Assembly: GCA_009103225.1 (NCBI GenBank)
Contig: RHPI01001715.1
Location: 62,001-126,000 of the forward strand
Length of the DNA stretch: 64,000 bases
Source of the DNA: Chlorokybus atmophyticus
Taxonomy: Eukaryota; Plantae; Mesostigma and Chlorokybus algae
Reading direction: 5' to 3'
This document shows positions 1 through 9,603 of this stretch, piece by piece. The notes beneath the pieces were generated by a model. It saw only the letters and a list, made by a program, of their open reading frames with translations. It made no database searches and was not told the origin of the DNA. How positions within the stretch are numbered: the stretch's first letter is position 1; each line of letters starts with the position of its first letter. The position numbers were made by a program, and so were the translations under genes.

Positions 1-229
1 TGTGACATCAAACGCGCCACAGCAGATGTACCCGGTCTATGGCCTTCCAAGCACCAGGGGCGGCATTGCTGCGTGGCAAACAGCGCTGGGAGTGCCATGG
101 ATGACCTCGGCCGTTTCCATAGCGAATGCAGTTCCTCCCGCAATGGCGGAGTGCATAGGGCGTCTCATGCTTGAAACAATGGATATGCGCTGTGACTACC
201 CTCCTGTGTCATGGAACTATGAGGCTTGA
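1..229 (+). CDS. C-terminal fragment of a C5 cytosine DNA methyltransferase (Dcm-like, phage/bacterial type); 5' part lies outside the window
   Basis: Frame open from the window edge: ...VYGLPSTRGGIAAWQTALGVPWMTSAVSIANAVPPAMAECIGRLML. This resembles C5-MTase motif X (GNAVPP..a..iG..l) and the 'W..AmGi.WM....l..AiPPay...IG..l' ending typical of phage/actinobacterial Dcm enzymes. Catalytic motifs I and IV are not in the window. Confidence 0.7.
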   Translation, partial: VTSNAPQQMYPVYGLPSTRGGIAAWQTALGVPWMTSAVSIANAVPPAMAECIGRLMLETMDMRCDYPPVSWNYEA

Positions 230-432
230 GTGTGGTGCACTGTATTGATGCTTAATGCCACACGGCGGACTGATTGTTGAATGTTGCATGGATCATTCGA
301 TTGTGGTGACAGTTGTGCAGTGACAGCTGCCCGGTATTGTACACGTCCACATGCAAAAGTCTTAGCATACGATTAGCAATGCCTAACTGACTGATATGCT
401 CCAAACTCAGAGTAGTGAGACAAGTACATGTG

Positions 433-3400
433 TCACGTGGAAGTGCAGTGAACGTTCACCCAATACTTGCCCTCTTGTACACGGGCGCTGTCCTTGTCAA
501 ACATGGGGAGCAGCTGGACAATGCCTTTTACTTGCTCCAGAGTCACGACATCGAGATGTGGACCGCCTCGACGCTTTTCCCATTCCAGAGCGATGCACTT
601 TGTGTCGCTCGTCACATCCAGCTTCGTGTACCAGCGGACAAACACGACCTCCTTCCACACGCGCTCGCCGCTACCACCCCACACCACCACGCGCAGAAAA
701 AGGAGTGCCTGAGCCCACCACGTCACGTTCACACCGTCCTCATCACCTTCCAACTCAAGTGTAGAGAACCAAGGCCGCCCATGGAACATCCCAGTTGCGC
801 GCGCCATGCTGACTCCTGATGTCATGTACACCGCTGCGCCTCCGTTCACCACGCGAACAGCACGCCACCCGTCGGCCAACTCCAGTTGTTCCCTCCTCAA
901 CCAGCTGTCCAGGGTGGCAGGCAGCTTGTCGGCAAATGGAGTCTTCAAGGCGACTTGGCGGCTACGCGCAGATCCGCTCCAGTACGGGCTGGACTCCCTC
1001 CTTGTCAGCACATCCATCCGTAGCAACTTGTCCGTCTTCTCCATGACATTACAGCACTGCTGCCGCGCCTGCGCCATGACCGAGCGCATCTCGGGATCCA
1101 CGACCATGCCATCCTCTCTCACATATTCCGCACAGCTCCATGCCTTCAGGATACGTGCCTGGTAGTCCCGGTTGTTGCCACCACGCGCCCACCGTTTGAT
1201 ATTTTGGGCGTGCGTCTGCTCCATGCGGTTGGCGCTGAACCAATCTGGGTGTCCACTGCTGACAATTGCCGGCCCAAAATGAGTGAGCTGATGCATCTTC
1301 TCGATCTTCCAACCTGACTTCTGTGCAGAATATGACGACAGTAGCGGATGCAACACTGCAGCTTTGAAGGCAGCCAGCTCGTTGTCGGCTGTGGTCAGGG
1401 TCTCTCTTGTGTGTTCATGCGCCTTGAGCAACTTCTTGTTCCACTGGGCAAGCGATGCGGCAGCAATGGTGAAGAAATCGTTGCCCTCACTGTCGAGCAG
1501 CAAACCGTCTGCGAGGACCGGCAGCAGCTGCAGCACCGCCACTTTCTCCACCACCTGAAAGGAGTGGTCGGACAGGAAGAAATCTACTGTGCTTGTGGGT
1601 GCCTTGAAGTGCGAAACCCGCCGAGTCGCCTTGCATGCATTCAGCCAATGCACAGCTGCTCTTGAGCACGTGTCGTTGGCTTTTGTGTTCAACACAAAAG
1701 CAACACCGAAGACGTGCCTGGCCTGCAGAATCTGTCTCGTGGATGGACGCATTCGTTCCTTCGCGGCGTCGTACACAGCAGCAAGCAGGTGGTCAATGAT
1801 GCCCCAGCACATGCATTGCGTCAGGGGCAAGACGAGAGTAGCAGTCAGCTCCCGGCACCCGCGACTGTCGCCAACCCCACAGTGCATTCTGTTGCCAAAC
1901 CACATTGCCCGGTTTTACGGAAAGCCATTCATCCTCACGAATGCCGATAATTTGACCATTACCTCCTCGACATGCATGGAGTGCTGCTCTTTGAAAGCCT
2001 TGGCTGTCTGGCGTGCATTCCTAACACCGCTATGCAGGTCCGCCCGCAGCTGACGTATTGCTGGTGTGTAGAAGGCCTCGGTTGTCAATTCCCGGTCCTC
2101 ATCCATCTCCAGCAGATCTAATTTGGTGACGAGTCAAACATCGCAAGGATGTCGTGTTTGGTTGCCCGACACGATGCGTGCGAGTGTGGCAATCTCCTAC
2201 AACACGACAAACTCAGATGTTCTACTGACAACATCCTCCATGCACTGTTTGCTGGCAGGCTGCATCCGGTTACAACCATTCATGCCCACTACCTGCAAAT
2301 CGCTGATGTAGTTGGCAAGCGCGGGAAACACACGACGCTCGATGCCATTCGGGTCGATGAGCTGCAGACCTTCCTAACTCGCCCGCTTCACATCCCCTAA
2401 CACTACATTCAAAGCGTCATGAAAAATCTCACGTTTCCGAATGGAGAACGATTCTTTGCCCTGCACCAAGGTGGGATGCCCGGCCACTGCGTGAACCACC
2501 GGCAGAAGCGCTATCATAACCACCCCCATGTTGCTAGCATACATGTCCCAACTGAAGTTGGCAAGCGATGCCATCAGAGGGTAGCCAGAGCGCTTGCGCG
2601 CTGTCTAGCGTGGTCTTGTCACTGTACAGAATGGCAGGCGCCAAGTAGGACGCTTCCCCCACCTCTCTCCTCAAATCCACCTCCACATCCTTCCACCAAT
2701 CGCCCGTGGAAGAATGGCCAAAGCTGTGCTCGTTACTAGTGTACTGGAGATTGAAGCCATTGGCGGCATGTGGATTGCCATACAACCGCACGAGCCATAC
2801 CTGCTCCGACCATGAGCATTACTTACTATGCTGGCCTCAGAATAGATACTGCATCGATACTGCATTAGGTACTGCATTTCACAGACCTTGGCCGGCATAT
2901 ATGCGACGCAGATGTCCTGATCCTCAGAGTCTCCAGGCTTGCGCAGGTCAGCCGTCACGTAGTTCTGATACGGCAGCACACTCGCATGTGCATATGTGAC
3001 ATGGCTCTGATGGTTGAAGCACATGCACCGCACACCGTGAACACACCTCAGACTGAGAGAAAGCAATCGTGGTCCGGAGGTAGCTGGCCACATGCACACC
3101 GGTCTCCCACTGGAGCTCTTCCGTCAGGAAGTGTGCATTTCGGATGCACTTGATGATCCGCCCCATGTCGGAGGCCGACAGGCCTTGGCCGTTGTTGCAC
3201 TGCACGAATGCCACTGCAAGAGCATGCTCCGAGCCATACCACTTGGATTCCGACGCGCGCGAAGGGACGCCTCCACTTCCATGTTGGCGCGCCACAGGTT
3301 TCTCAGGCACACGCACACATCGAAAGCCCTCGTTCACTTCCTCCTCCTCCTGTTGCTGCTGTGCGTGTGTCTCCTGGAGGAATCCTTCAGCATCAAGCAT

Positions 3401-3574
3401 GTGAGCATCCTGGATCGAACTCCTCGGTTCAACATGACCCGCATCGTACTGTAATGGACGCTGGCCGACATACAGCTTAATCTGCTTGCACACCCTGCTG
3501 CTAATAATGTGCATGTAGACCGAGCTGCGTGTGGCGAAGCGCTTGTGGCAATACGGACAAAGAACTCCCTTATC
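433..3574 (-). pseudogene. Plavaka-family (CMC/EnSpm-related) DDE transposase, disrupted
   Basis: Reconstructed across frames: N-terminal CPYCHKRFATRSSVYMHIISSRVC zinc finger (~3490-3560); GHSSTGDWW...LAPAILYSDKT (2620-2710); frameshift at ~2590 into RSGYPLMASLAN; IFHDAL..., RRVFPALANYISDLQ|EIATLA across a GT-AG intron (2292-2197); KIEKMHQLTHF...WFSANRMEQTH...IKRWARGGNNR; C-terminal VFVRWY...LDVVTLEQVKGIVQLLP region. In-frame stops at 2374, ~2128 and 1915. Confidence 0.88.
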
Positions 3575-3734
3575 TCACTACCAACGTCGACACAGGTGTC
3601 GCCAATGTATCCTGCATCATATCCAGCAACACGCACCGCCGCCGCCGCCACCGCCGCCGCCGCCGCCACCGCCACCGCTACCGCTACCCTTGCATGCCAG
3701 AGGCGGGAAACTTGGCCGCCATTCACTGGCTCCG

Positions 3735-3928
3735 TCGTACCATTATAATGGTACGATCGAGCCATTGCACGTCCAGGGTGAGTCTCTGAATATAAATATA
3801 TACATATATATTCTGATTGAACCGTTTCAATGGTACGAAGATGCCTTTGCCAAAAGGTATAGGCATTGTACAAAGGTACCATTGAAATGGTACCTTTGTA
3901 CAATGGCAATGGGAGTTCGTACCATTGA
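3735..3928. repeat. Nested palindrome array built from the GTACCATT/AATGGTAC motif
   Basis: Perfect 22-bp palindrome tcgtaccattataatggtacga (3735-3756); 20-bp-arm hairpin with 2-nt loop (3864-3905) enclosed by a 13-bp inverted pair (3827-3839 / 3916-3928); TATAAATA at 3791; eight GTAC cores. Confidence 0.9.
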
Positions 3929-4007
3929 CAACTCTGGCAATATCAGTCCCCCTGCGCATGAAAACACCATTGATAGCTTCGCCAAGCTATGCCCTTACAG
4001 GGGCGTG

Positions 4008-4944
4008 ATGCCGAGGGTATGTGGCGTTTGGAGGATCGTTGGCGGCGCTGCCAGGGGCGTAGTGGGCATTGTGGTCGAGGTCCGGGATGAATTCCGTGTT
4101 CGCACAGGGCGGGCAGGGTGCCGGAGGGGTGTCCTCGGTGTCAAACCGCACCAAGACTACCAAGGGCACATCCAATGACAACAGTGACTCGGGCGATATC
4201 TTACAGGGCTCCCCCTCCGAGTGGGCAAAGGCACACCACAATACTGCCTCTAAGAAAATCCGACCCACCAGCAGTTGCGACCACGGCGACATGATTGAAG
4301 GGACCAGCAGCAAGACTGGCATAACCAAGGTGGGTTACGATGCACTGTCAATGCCACATGCTAGGGTTCTTTTATCTTGCACATGCACAGCCTCAAGTAT
4401 CTTGCACTTGACATACATTGTCAATACCACATGCACACCCTCATGCACAACCTCCAGTGTCATGCACATGAACAGCATGACCAATCTCGCAAATGCACAG
4501 CCTATTTCTACTTGCGGGAGCTCACAAGTCGCAAAAGAGAAGCTGCGGAGTACCATGAACGGGTAATCCATAACCTAGTTTAATGTTTCTAGCGGTAATT
4601 AAGCAGTATGCTTGCAGATTGCCATGTTGGTCAGAGTGAACCAAGAGCAGCGCGGTAGCCTGACTGTCTGCCTGGCGGAGTGCAACAAAGCGGAAGACGA
4701 GGTAAGCGTGTGTATGTTGATGGGCTAGTCCTCTGGCAGCACGCCACTCTTACAGCATTACCAAATGCATGTGGTCACTCTCGAAGCGACCATCAAGCGC
4801 ATGCGCGTGCACGGCGAGGCGCTGACATTCAAGCTGAAGGACGAAGTAGCCGCTGTACTGTCAGCGAGCGAGGCAGCGGATGAAAACGACTCCGGCGTTG
4901 AAGCAGAAGACTCGTCGGAGGAGGAACAGGAGGAGGGGGTTTGA
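4008..4944 (+). pseudogene. Spliced orphan gene divergent from the transposase, with premature stops and an acidic C-terminus
   Basis: One frame splices through GT-AG introns (~4330-4500, ~4563-4617, ~4702-4757) to give ...DWHNQ|AYFYLRELTSRKREAAEYHER|IAMLVRVNQEQRGSLTVCLAECNKAEDE|HYQMHVVTLEATIKRMRVHGEALTFKLKDEVAAVLSASEAADENDSGVEAEDSSEEEQEEGV*. The first exon has four internal stops (TGA x3, TAA). Confidence 0.5.
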
Positions 4945-5804
4945 GGAGGAGTTCCGAGGCAGGCACCACGGGTTGACAAGCTGCGCATGAGTCCGACAGC
5001 TAGACTCAATGTTATAGGGTAGTTTCATGCGCAAGTCGGCTGCTCAATTGTAGGTGGACATACTCTCACCACTGCCCGTACATTGTATATATTGTGGGCT
5101 TTTAGGTGCAAGACCAAACAATCAGTCCAAGGTTTGTACAAGCTGCATGGCATGTTAGTGTTGGCTTACGGCAAGAATTGCCAACTTTTGTCAAACGGCG
5201 AGGGTCACATATTAACAGCAGTGTAACGGCAAAGAAACTGCCGGCTATTGCTGTCAGCTGTCCGTAACTACCGGCTAACGGCCGTCTGTGCACATCGACC
5301 AAAGCGTAACTAGTTGACAACTCTCGGCCGGTTAGTGCCACTGACAACCACTTTCGGCCTGCGGCCGTCTGCGTCAGTCCACTTAAGCCAACGGCAAACC
5401 CAACAGTCCAAAAGTAATATTTCAGGCAGCGACAGGCAGGCTCAGGCAGGCTCAGGCACCAGTCAGTCCCTCAGTCCTTAGTCAGTCACCGTGTAAAATT
5501 TGCGACGTACATCTGCAATTTGTGCAGGGTGGCTGGCGCGTCGTCCAGGAACTGCTGCAAGGCATTGGCCCCAGCTGGTGTAGGCATCGCCAGTGGCATT
5601 GGCAGGGGTGGAGGTGATTGCATTGGGTGCCTGCTTGCGTACTCTAAATTCTATGCTAACCCACGTGCCAAATCCTCAAACTATGCTATGGTGCACCAAA
5701 GCGGGTGCTGTGACATTTAATGCTGGTTGCGGTGGGTTATGGAGATTGGGATGGTACATGTGAGGCCGTGTGGCCAAGACAATCAGCCATTGCTCCGTCA
5801 ACGC

Positions 5805-7515
5805 TTAAAGCTCATTAGGCGGCTCGTAGTCGCCATCCAGGCGCATCTGCAGGCCGTTCAGCACCCAATATATTACCCGGTCGTAAGTCTCAGAGGGGCC
5901 GTTTAAGTGTATCTGCTGCTGAGCGGATAGCACTTGACGAACTGCAACAGGGTGCACTCGGTTGGACAGCTCGCGCACCCGTTCCGTTATGGCGTGCTCC
6001 AGACTGCGCGTCTCCTCATCTAGCAGAAGGTAGTTGTGATGCACGCAAAGAATGAAGTCCGCTTGCAATGTGGCCACAACTAATTGCGCCATGCGCTCAA
6101 CATTATCAAGGTGTGGCCAAATCAAGGGCCAGGGAGTGTCGTGGATACGGTGATGCGATTGCTCTTGAAACTTGCGGTTTTTGGCCTAGCGTCAAGTGGG
6201 GGCGCGCCTGCCTAAATGGTTGCATTTGCCTAGTGTTGCTCCGCTTTACGCGCATCCGGAAGGACCTCTACTTGGCCGATCTCATTATAATGAGATTAAT
6301 TAAGCCGATACACTGCAGACTCGTTTGACGTGAGCGGGAGGCCTGCCCTTTGCGGAGGCCAAAGGGGCTGCAAAGGAGTAGCGTTGCCTGTGCTGGCCAG
6401 GTGTTTTGCAAATAGCAGCTGCAAACGTGCCATCCTGGCACTCAGTTGTTAATGCTCAGCGAGGCGCAGCAAGTCTTAAGACGCGTGACTAGTGAGGTTG
6501 AGCGCCCACAAGTAAGCATTGGCTACAGTGAAAGAAGGTAGGTGTTCCAGTGCCCTAGCCAGATCATCCTCAAAATCATCATGAGGGTCTTCAAACCTGG
6601 TGCGGTAGTACTGGTTGTCAATTAATGTCTGTACATCTTTTACCGTCTGTTCGACCTGAGCGTTGAGGGCTGCCTCGTTAGCTGGGGTGAAGGGTGCGAC
6701 GCAGCAGGGCAGGGCCAACTATCTAACAAACTCCTAAGTCCAATTGAAAAGTTCCTTGGCGTCTTTTGGCAAGTCCCGATGTGGGCCGCAGCCTCAAACA
6801 AGGTTGCGCCATTCCATTTGCAGTTGGCCCCATCCATGTGGGTGCCCTTCAACACTGGCGAGAAAGTTGGAGGGAGGTGAAGGAATCAGCCGCTGGGGTT
6901 GGTGTCGAATAGCTTGCAATGCGTCTCGGCACGCATCTTGATGGAGCATCTGTAGGTCCGGCAGTGAGGCTGCCGGGGCCTGTAGCGGCCGCATAGCGAA
7001 CATGGCCGCACGCCACTCAGCTTGTCATTGCTCTTGCAGCTGCTCTGGTGAGGGAGCTGGCCAGCTCCCCATGGGGTGGTTTTAGCTGTGGGAGCTGGGG
7101 TGGTTTCAGTGGGGGATGCACCACCCCGTGGCCGTCGCGCCGGTGGAAAAGAAGACTAGCTTGGTGGTGGGTGAGATGGTGAGCGAGGAGGAGAGCAAGG
7201 AGGAGAGCGGCGTGTGGCACCCACGAATCGTGTGAAGCGGGTGGCAGTGCAGGCGGTGTAATCGTGATGGTCGTAATTGAAGAGGTCCTCCAGCTCATCT
7301 CTTCGGCTGCGTAAATCCTCGATTTTTGCGAGAAGCCCATCGAGCTCACCGTGCAGGCTGGTGGTGCCTTGGACGACGGAGGCAACTTTGGCTTTATGCT
7401 TGCCCACGGCTTGACCGCTGTCGAAGGGGCCGGCTATGCCCTTGCCTTTCCACTTGTCGTTGTTGTTGTTGGCGCCAGTGCCGCCAGAAGAGGTTTTTCG
7501 TAACAATACCACCAC
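5805..7515 (-). pseudogene. Long degraded orphan reading frame (about 570 codons if joined) downstream of gag; possible retroelement accessory ORF
   Basis: ORFs 6794-7003 and 6476-6718 share one frame, separated only by single stops. ORFs 7156-7515 and 5805-6125 flank them in other frames. Translations look helical and protein-like (KWKGKG, GELDGLLAKIEDLRSRRDELEDL coiled-coil). No family recognised; stop density is only modestly below random. Confidence 0.4.
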
Positions 7516-7529
7516 TTACTTGCTGGTCG

Positions 7530-7860
7530 TGGCTTGGCAAACTTATGCACCAGCACCAAGGACTTGCAGCGGTCCAAAATCCTATAAGCACCACGGTGCA
7601 GTGGAAGTTGCAGCAGCTCCTCCCTAAGTGCGCGCATTTAGGGAGGAGAGGATGACCACCAACCAGTCACACAGCTCCAGCCCCAGGCACACCCACGCCC
7701 AACACACCCACATGCACACACACAACACCCCACCCCACAAGGGATGAGGGAGAGAGCCCCTCAGCTAAAACCAGGCACACAAGTGGCCCTCAAGTGGTGA
7801 ACACACTCTGATCCCTGCTCAAGGTTACTACTAAGCCTTTATACCACTTGCTGCTCTCCC
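7530..7860 (-). repeat. Dispersed non-coding repeat, copy 1 (TATA-bearing on the minus strand)
   Basis: Colinear blocks shared with 56050-56410: aacttatgcac.agcacca.gga, ggaagttg, gagaggatgacca, acacagctc.agcc, ccaca..ggatgagg, tcagctaa, ggtgaacaca, taccacttg.tgc.ctcc. Minus-strand TATAAAGG near 7838-7845. Confidence 0.75.
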
Positions 7861-8396
7861 GACCTGGCTCGCAGGATGTCCAAGGCCCAAGGCCTTTATT
7901 ATTGTGTGCTGATCTATCAGCACAAGCTGATCTTGTCCAACACAGGACATCAACCTCGCGAATATTAAACTCCCTTCGCTTTTCATAGCAGAAATAATCC
8001 TACCCCGAGATCACAAATATAGGTCCGCATAGTACAGTAGTACTTGCGAACTGCCCACGGGCATCACCTAGCCTTGTCAATGTCACCACAATGGCAAATC
8101 GCACTACCATAGTATGACCATGTGGTTTGCCAAATTGGCTTTCTTTCTTGGAGCTGTCACATGTTCTGGCAACTCATAGGTTTGGGCCGAAGGCCTCAGG
8201 CACTGACCAGCTTTATGCTAGCCCTCATCAATGTCTTGTAGTTGATCGCACTTGGCACCCAAGGCAGTATAAGGTTAAGAGTAGACCCATATGAGAGCAC
8301 ACCTCACAAGCACTACACATGCTTATGAGTTGGAAAATCCCACTGAGTCTCTTCTTACTTACATAAGTAAGGGACACAGGATGACTTTTGCCAGCG

Positions 8397-9603
8397 TTAT
8401 AGGCGTGACAATTTTGCCTTCAGTGCTTCTCTCAACTCTGGACGCAACGTGTAACAAACGACCTCAAGATGTCTCTTCATGCCAAAGTGATTGCAGAGGG
8501 CGTCAGCGCGTGGCATCGGACATACTCGGATGAAGTGCCCCTCTTTGCCGCATCTAAGGCAAGTTTGAGAGGGGTTGTCCTCTACTCGCACAACGGCATG
8601 AGCAGCGCGCGTGTGCTTGGGTGGTGCGAAGGTGAGAGCTGAGCTTGTGCTACTGGTGCGACGCGCGAGGCCTGATTTCGAGAGCACTATGCTCTCTGAT
8701 CAGATCTTCCTGCCAGTAGACGGCCCGCATGTAAGCTCGGTACAGGGTGTAGTTGGCTTCACCATAGATCCACCTTCACATGCTTGCGCAAAGGTGCGTC
8801 AAGGTTCACTACATACACCCGTGCTAGATGATAAGGGTTGAGGAGAGACATCTCGTCGAGGGTGGTGTCAATCAGATTGACAATGCGCTCGTAGATTTAG
8901 ACTGGCGTCTTTTTGGGCTTCTTAGCTTGATGAGGTTTTGAGCTTGCTCGACAGTGTAAGCGGGAAAGCGCTGGCTCAGTTGAAGAACGAAGTCTGCCCA
9001 TAGTGATAGTGCTGCTAGGGTGGAGACGTCCTCTTCAGCTAGTGATTGACGAGCTGCGGGAGGTGCTGTGACAAGAGAGGCTGATGCCAAGGTGAGGGCG
9101 TAAACGGCGACAGCGGCACTGCATCAATGACCATAAGCCACAGTGGTCTTGCATTCCTGCATCACTGGAGGCACCAAAGGTCTGGTGGTGGCGGCGGTGG
9201 TGCCCGAGACACTGGTACTGGTGTCGGTCTCCTCCGTGCGGGTGGATGGTGGTGTTCGAGTGACGCGTATAGCAACTTGGGGTAGCGCGCGTGGTGCACC
9301 CAATCGTTCCGCAGTAGAGATGGTGGGACCCAAGGAGGAGCCAGAGCGAAGCAGTATCTCATCTTTCAGCTCATGCGCAGAGGCAACCTCGTGCCACACA
9401 GTTACTGCGACGCCATCCAGATACTCTGCAGCGAGCATGAACTTCTGCTTGTCATCCAAGTATTCCTTTATCGTCAAGACAATAGAGTTAATGCAGCTGA
9501 GCCAGTCTTTCCATGAGATGGAATCCGCTGCTCAAGTGAAGACCAGCTTCCTTCCGCCGCCACTGCTTCCGTTGCTACCTCGGTTGCCGCTAGGGGCAGC
9601 CAT
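8397..9603 (-). pseudogene. Ty3/Gypsy-like gag with two CCHC zinc knuckles, degenerate
   Basis: AEYLDGVAVTVW and WADFVLQLSQRF capsid-like motifs; CLRCGKEGHFIRVC and CNHFGMKRHLEVVC knuckles; internal stop near 9530 and frameshifts. No RT, RNase H or integrase found downstream. Confidence 0.75.

Larger units (their letters stand above)
1..5490. mobile_element. Candidate large Plavaka/CMC-type DNA transposon carrying a methyltransferase and an orphan gene; boundaries unresolved, left end outside window
   Basis: Contiguous MTase(+) / transposase(-) / palindromic spacer / divergent decayed spliced gene(+) / short-motif-rich tract at 5160-5490. No TIR pair or TSD can be tested because one end is missing. 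Confidence 0.35.

Noticed and set aside
433-7515. In-frame TAA/TAG read as Gln (ulvophyte-type non-canonical genetic code)
   Set aside because: Host genes end in TAG or TAA (lipase, CAMTA, PheRS, PDR), their poly-Q tracts use CAG/CAA, and the disrupted frames also contain TGA stops and frameshifts. Pseudogenisation fits better.
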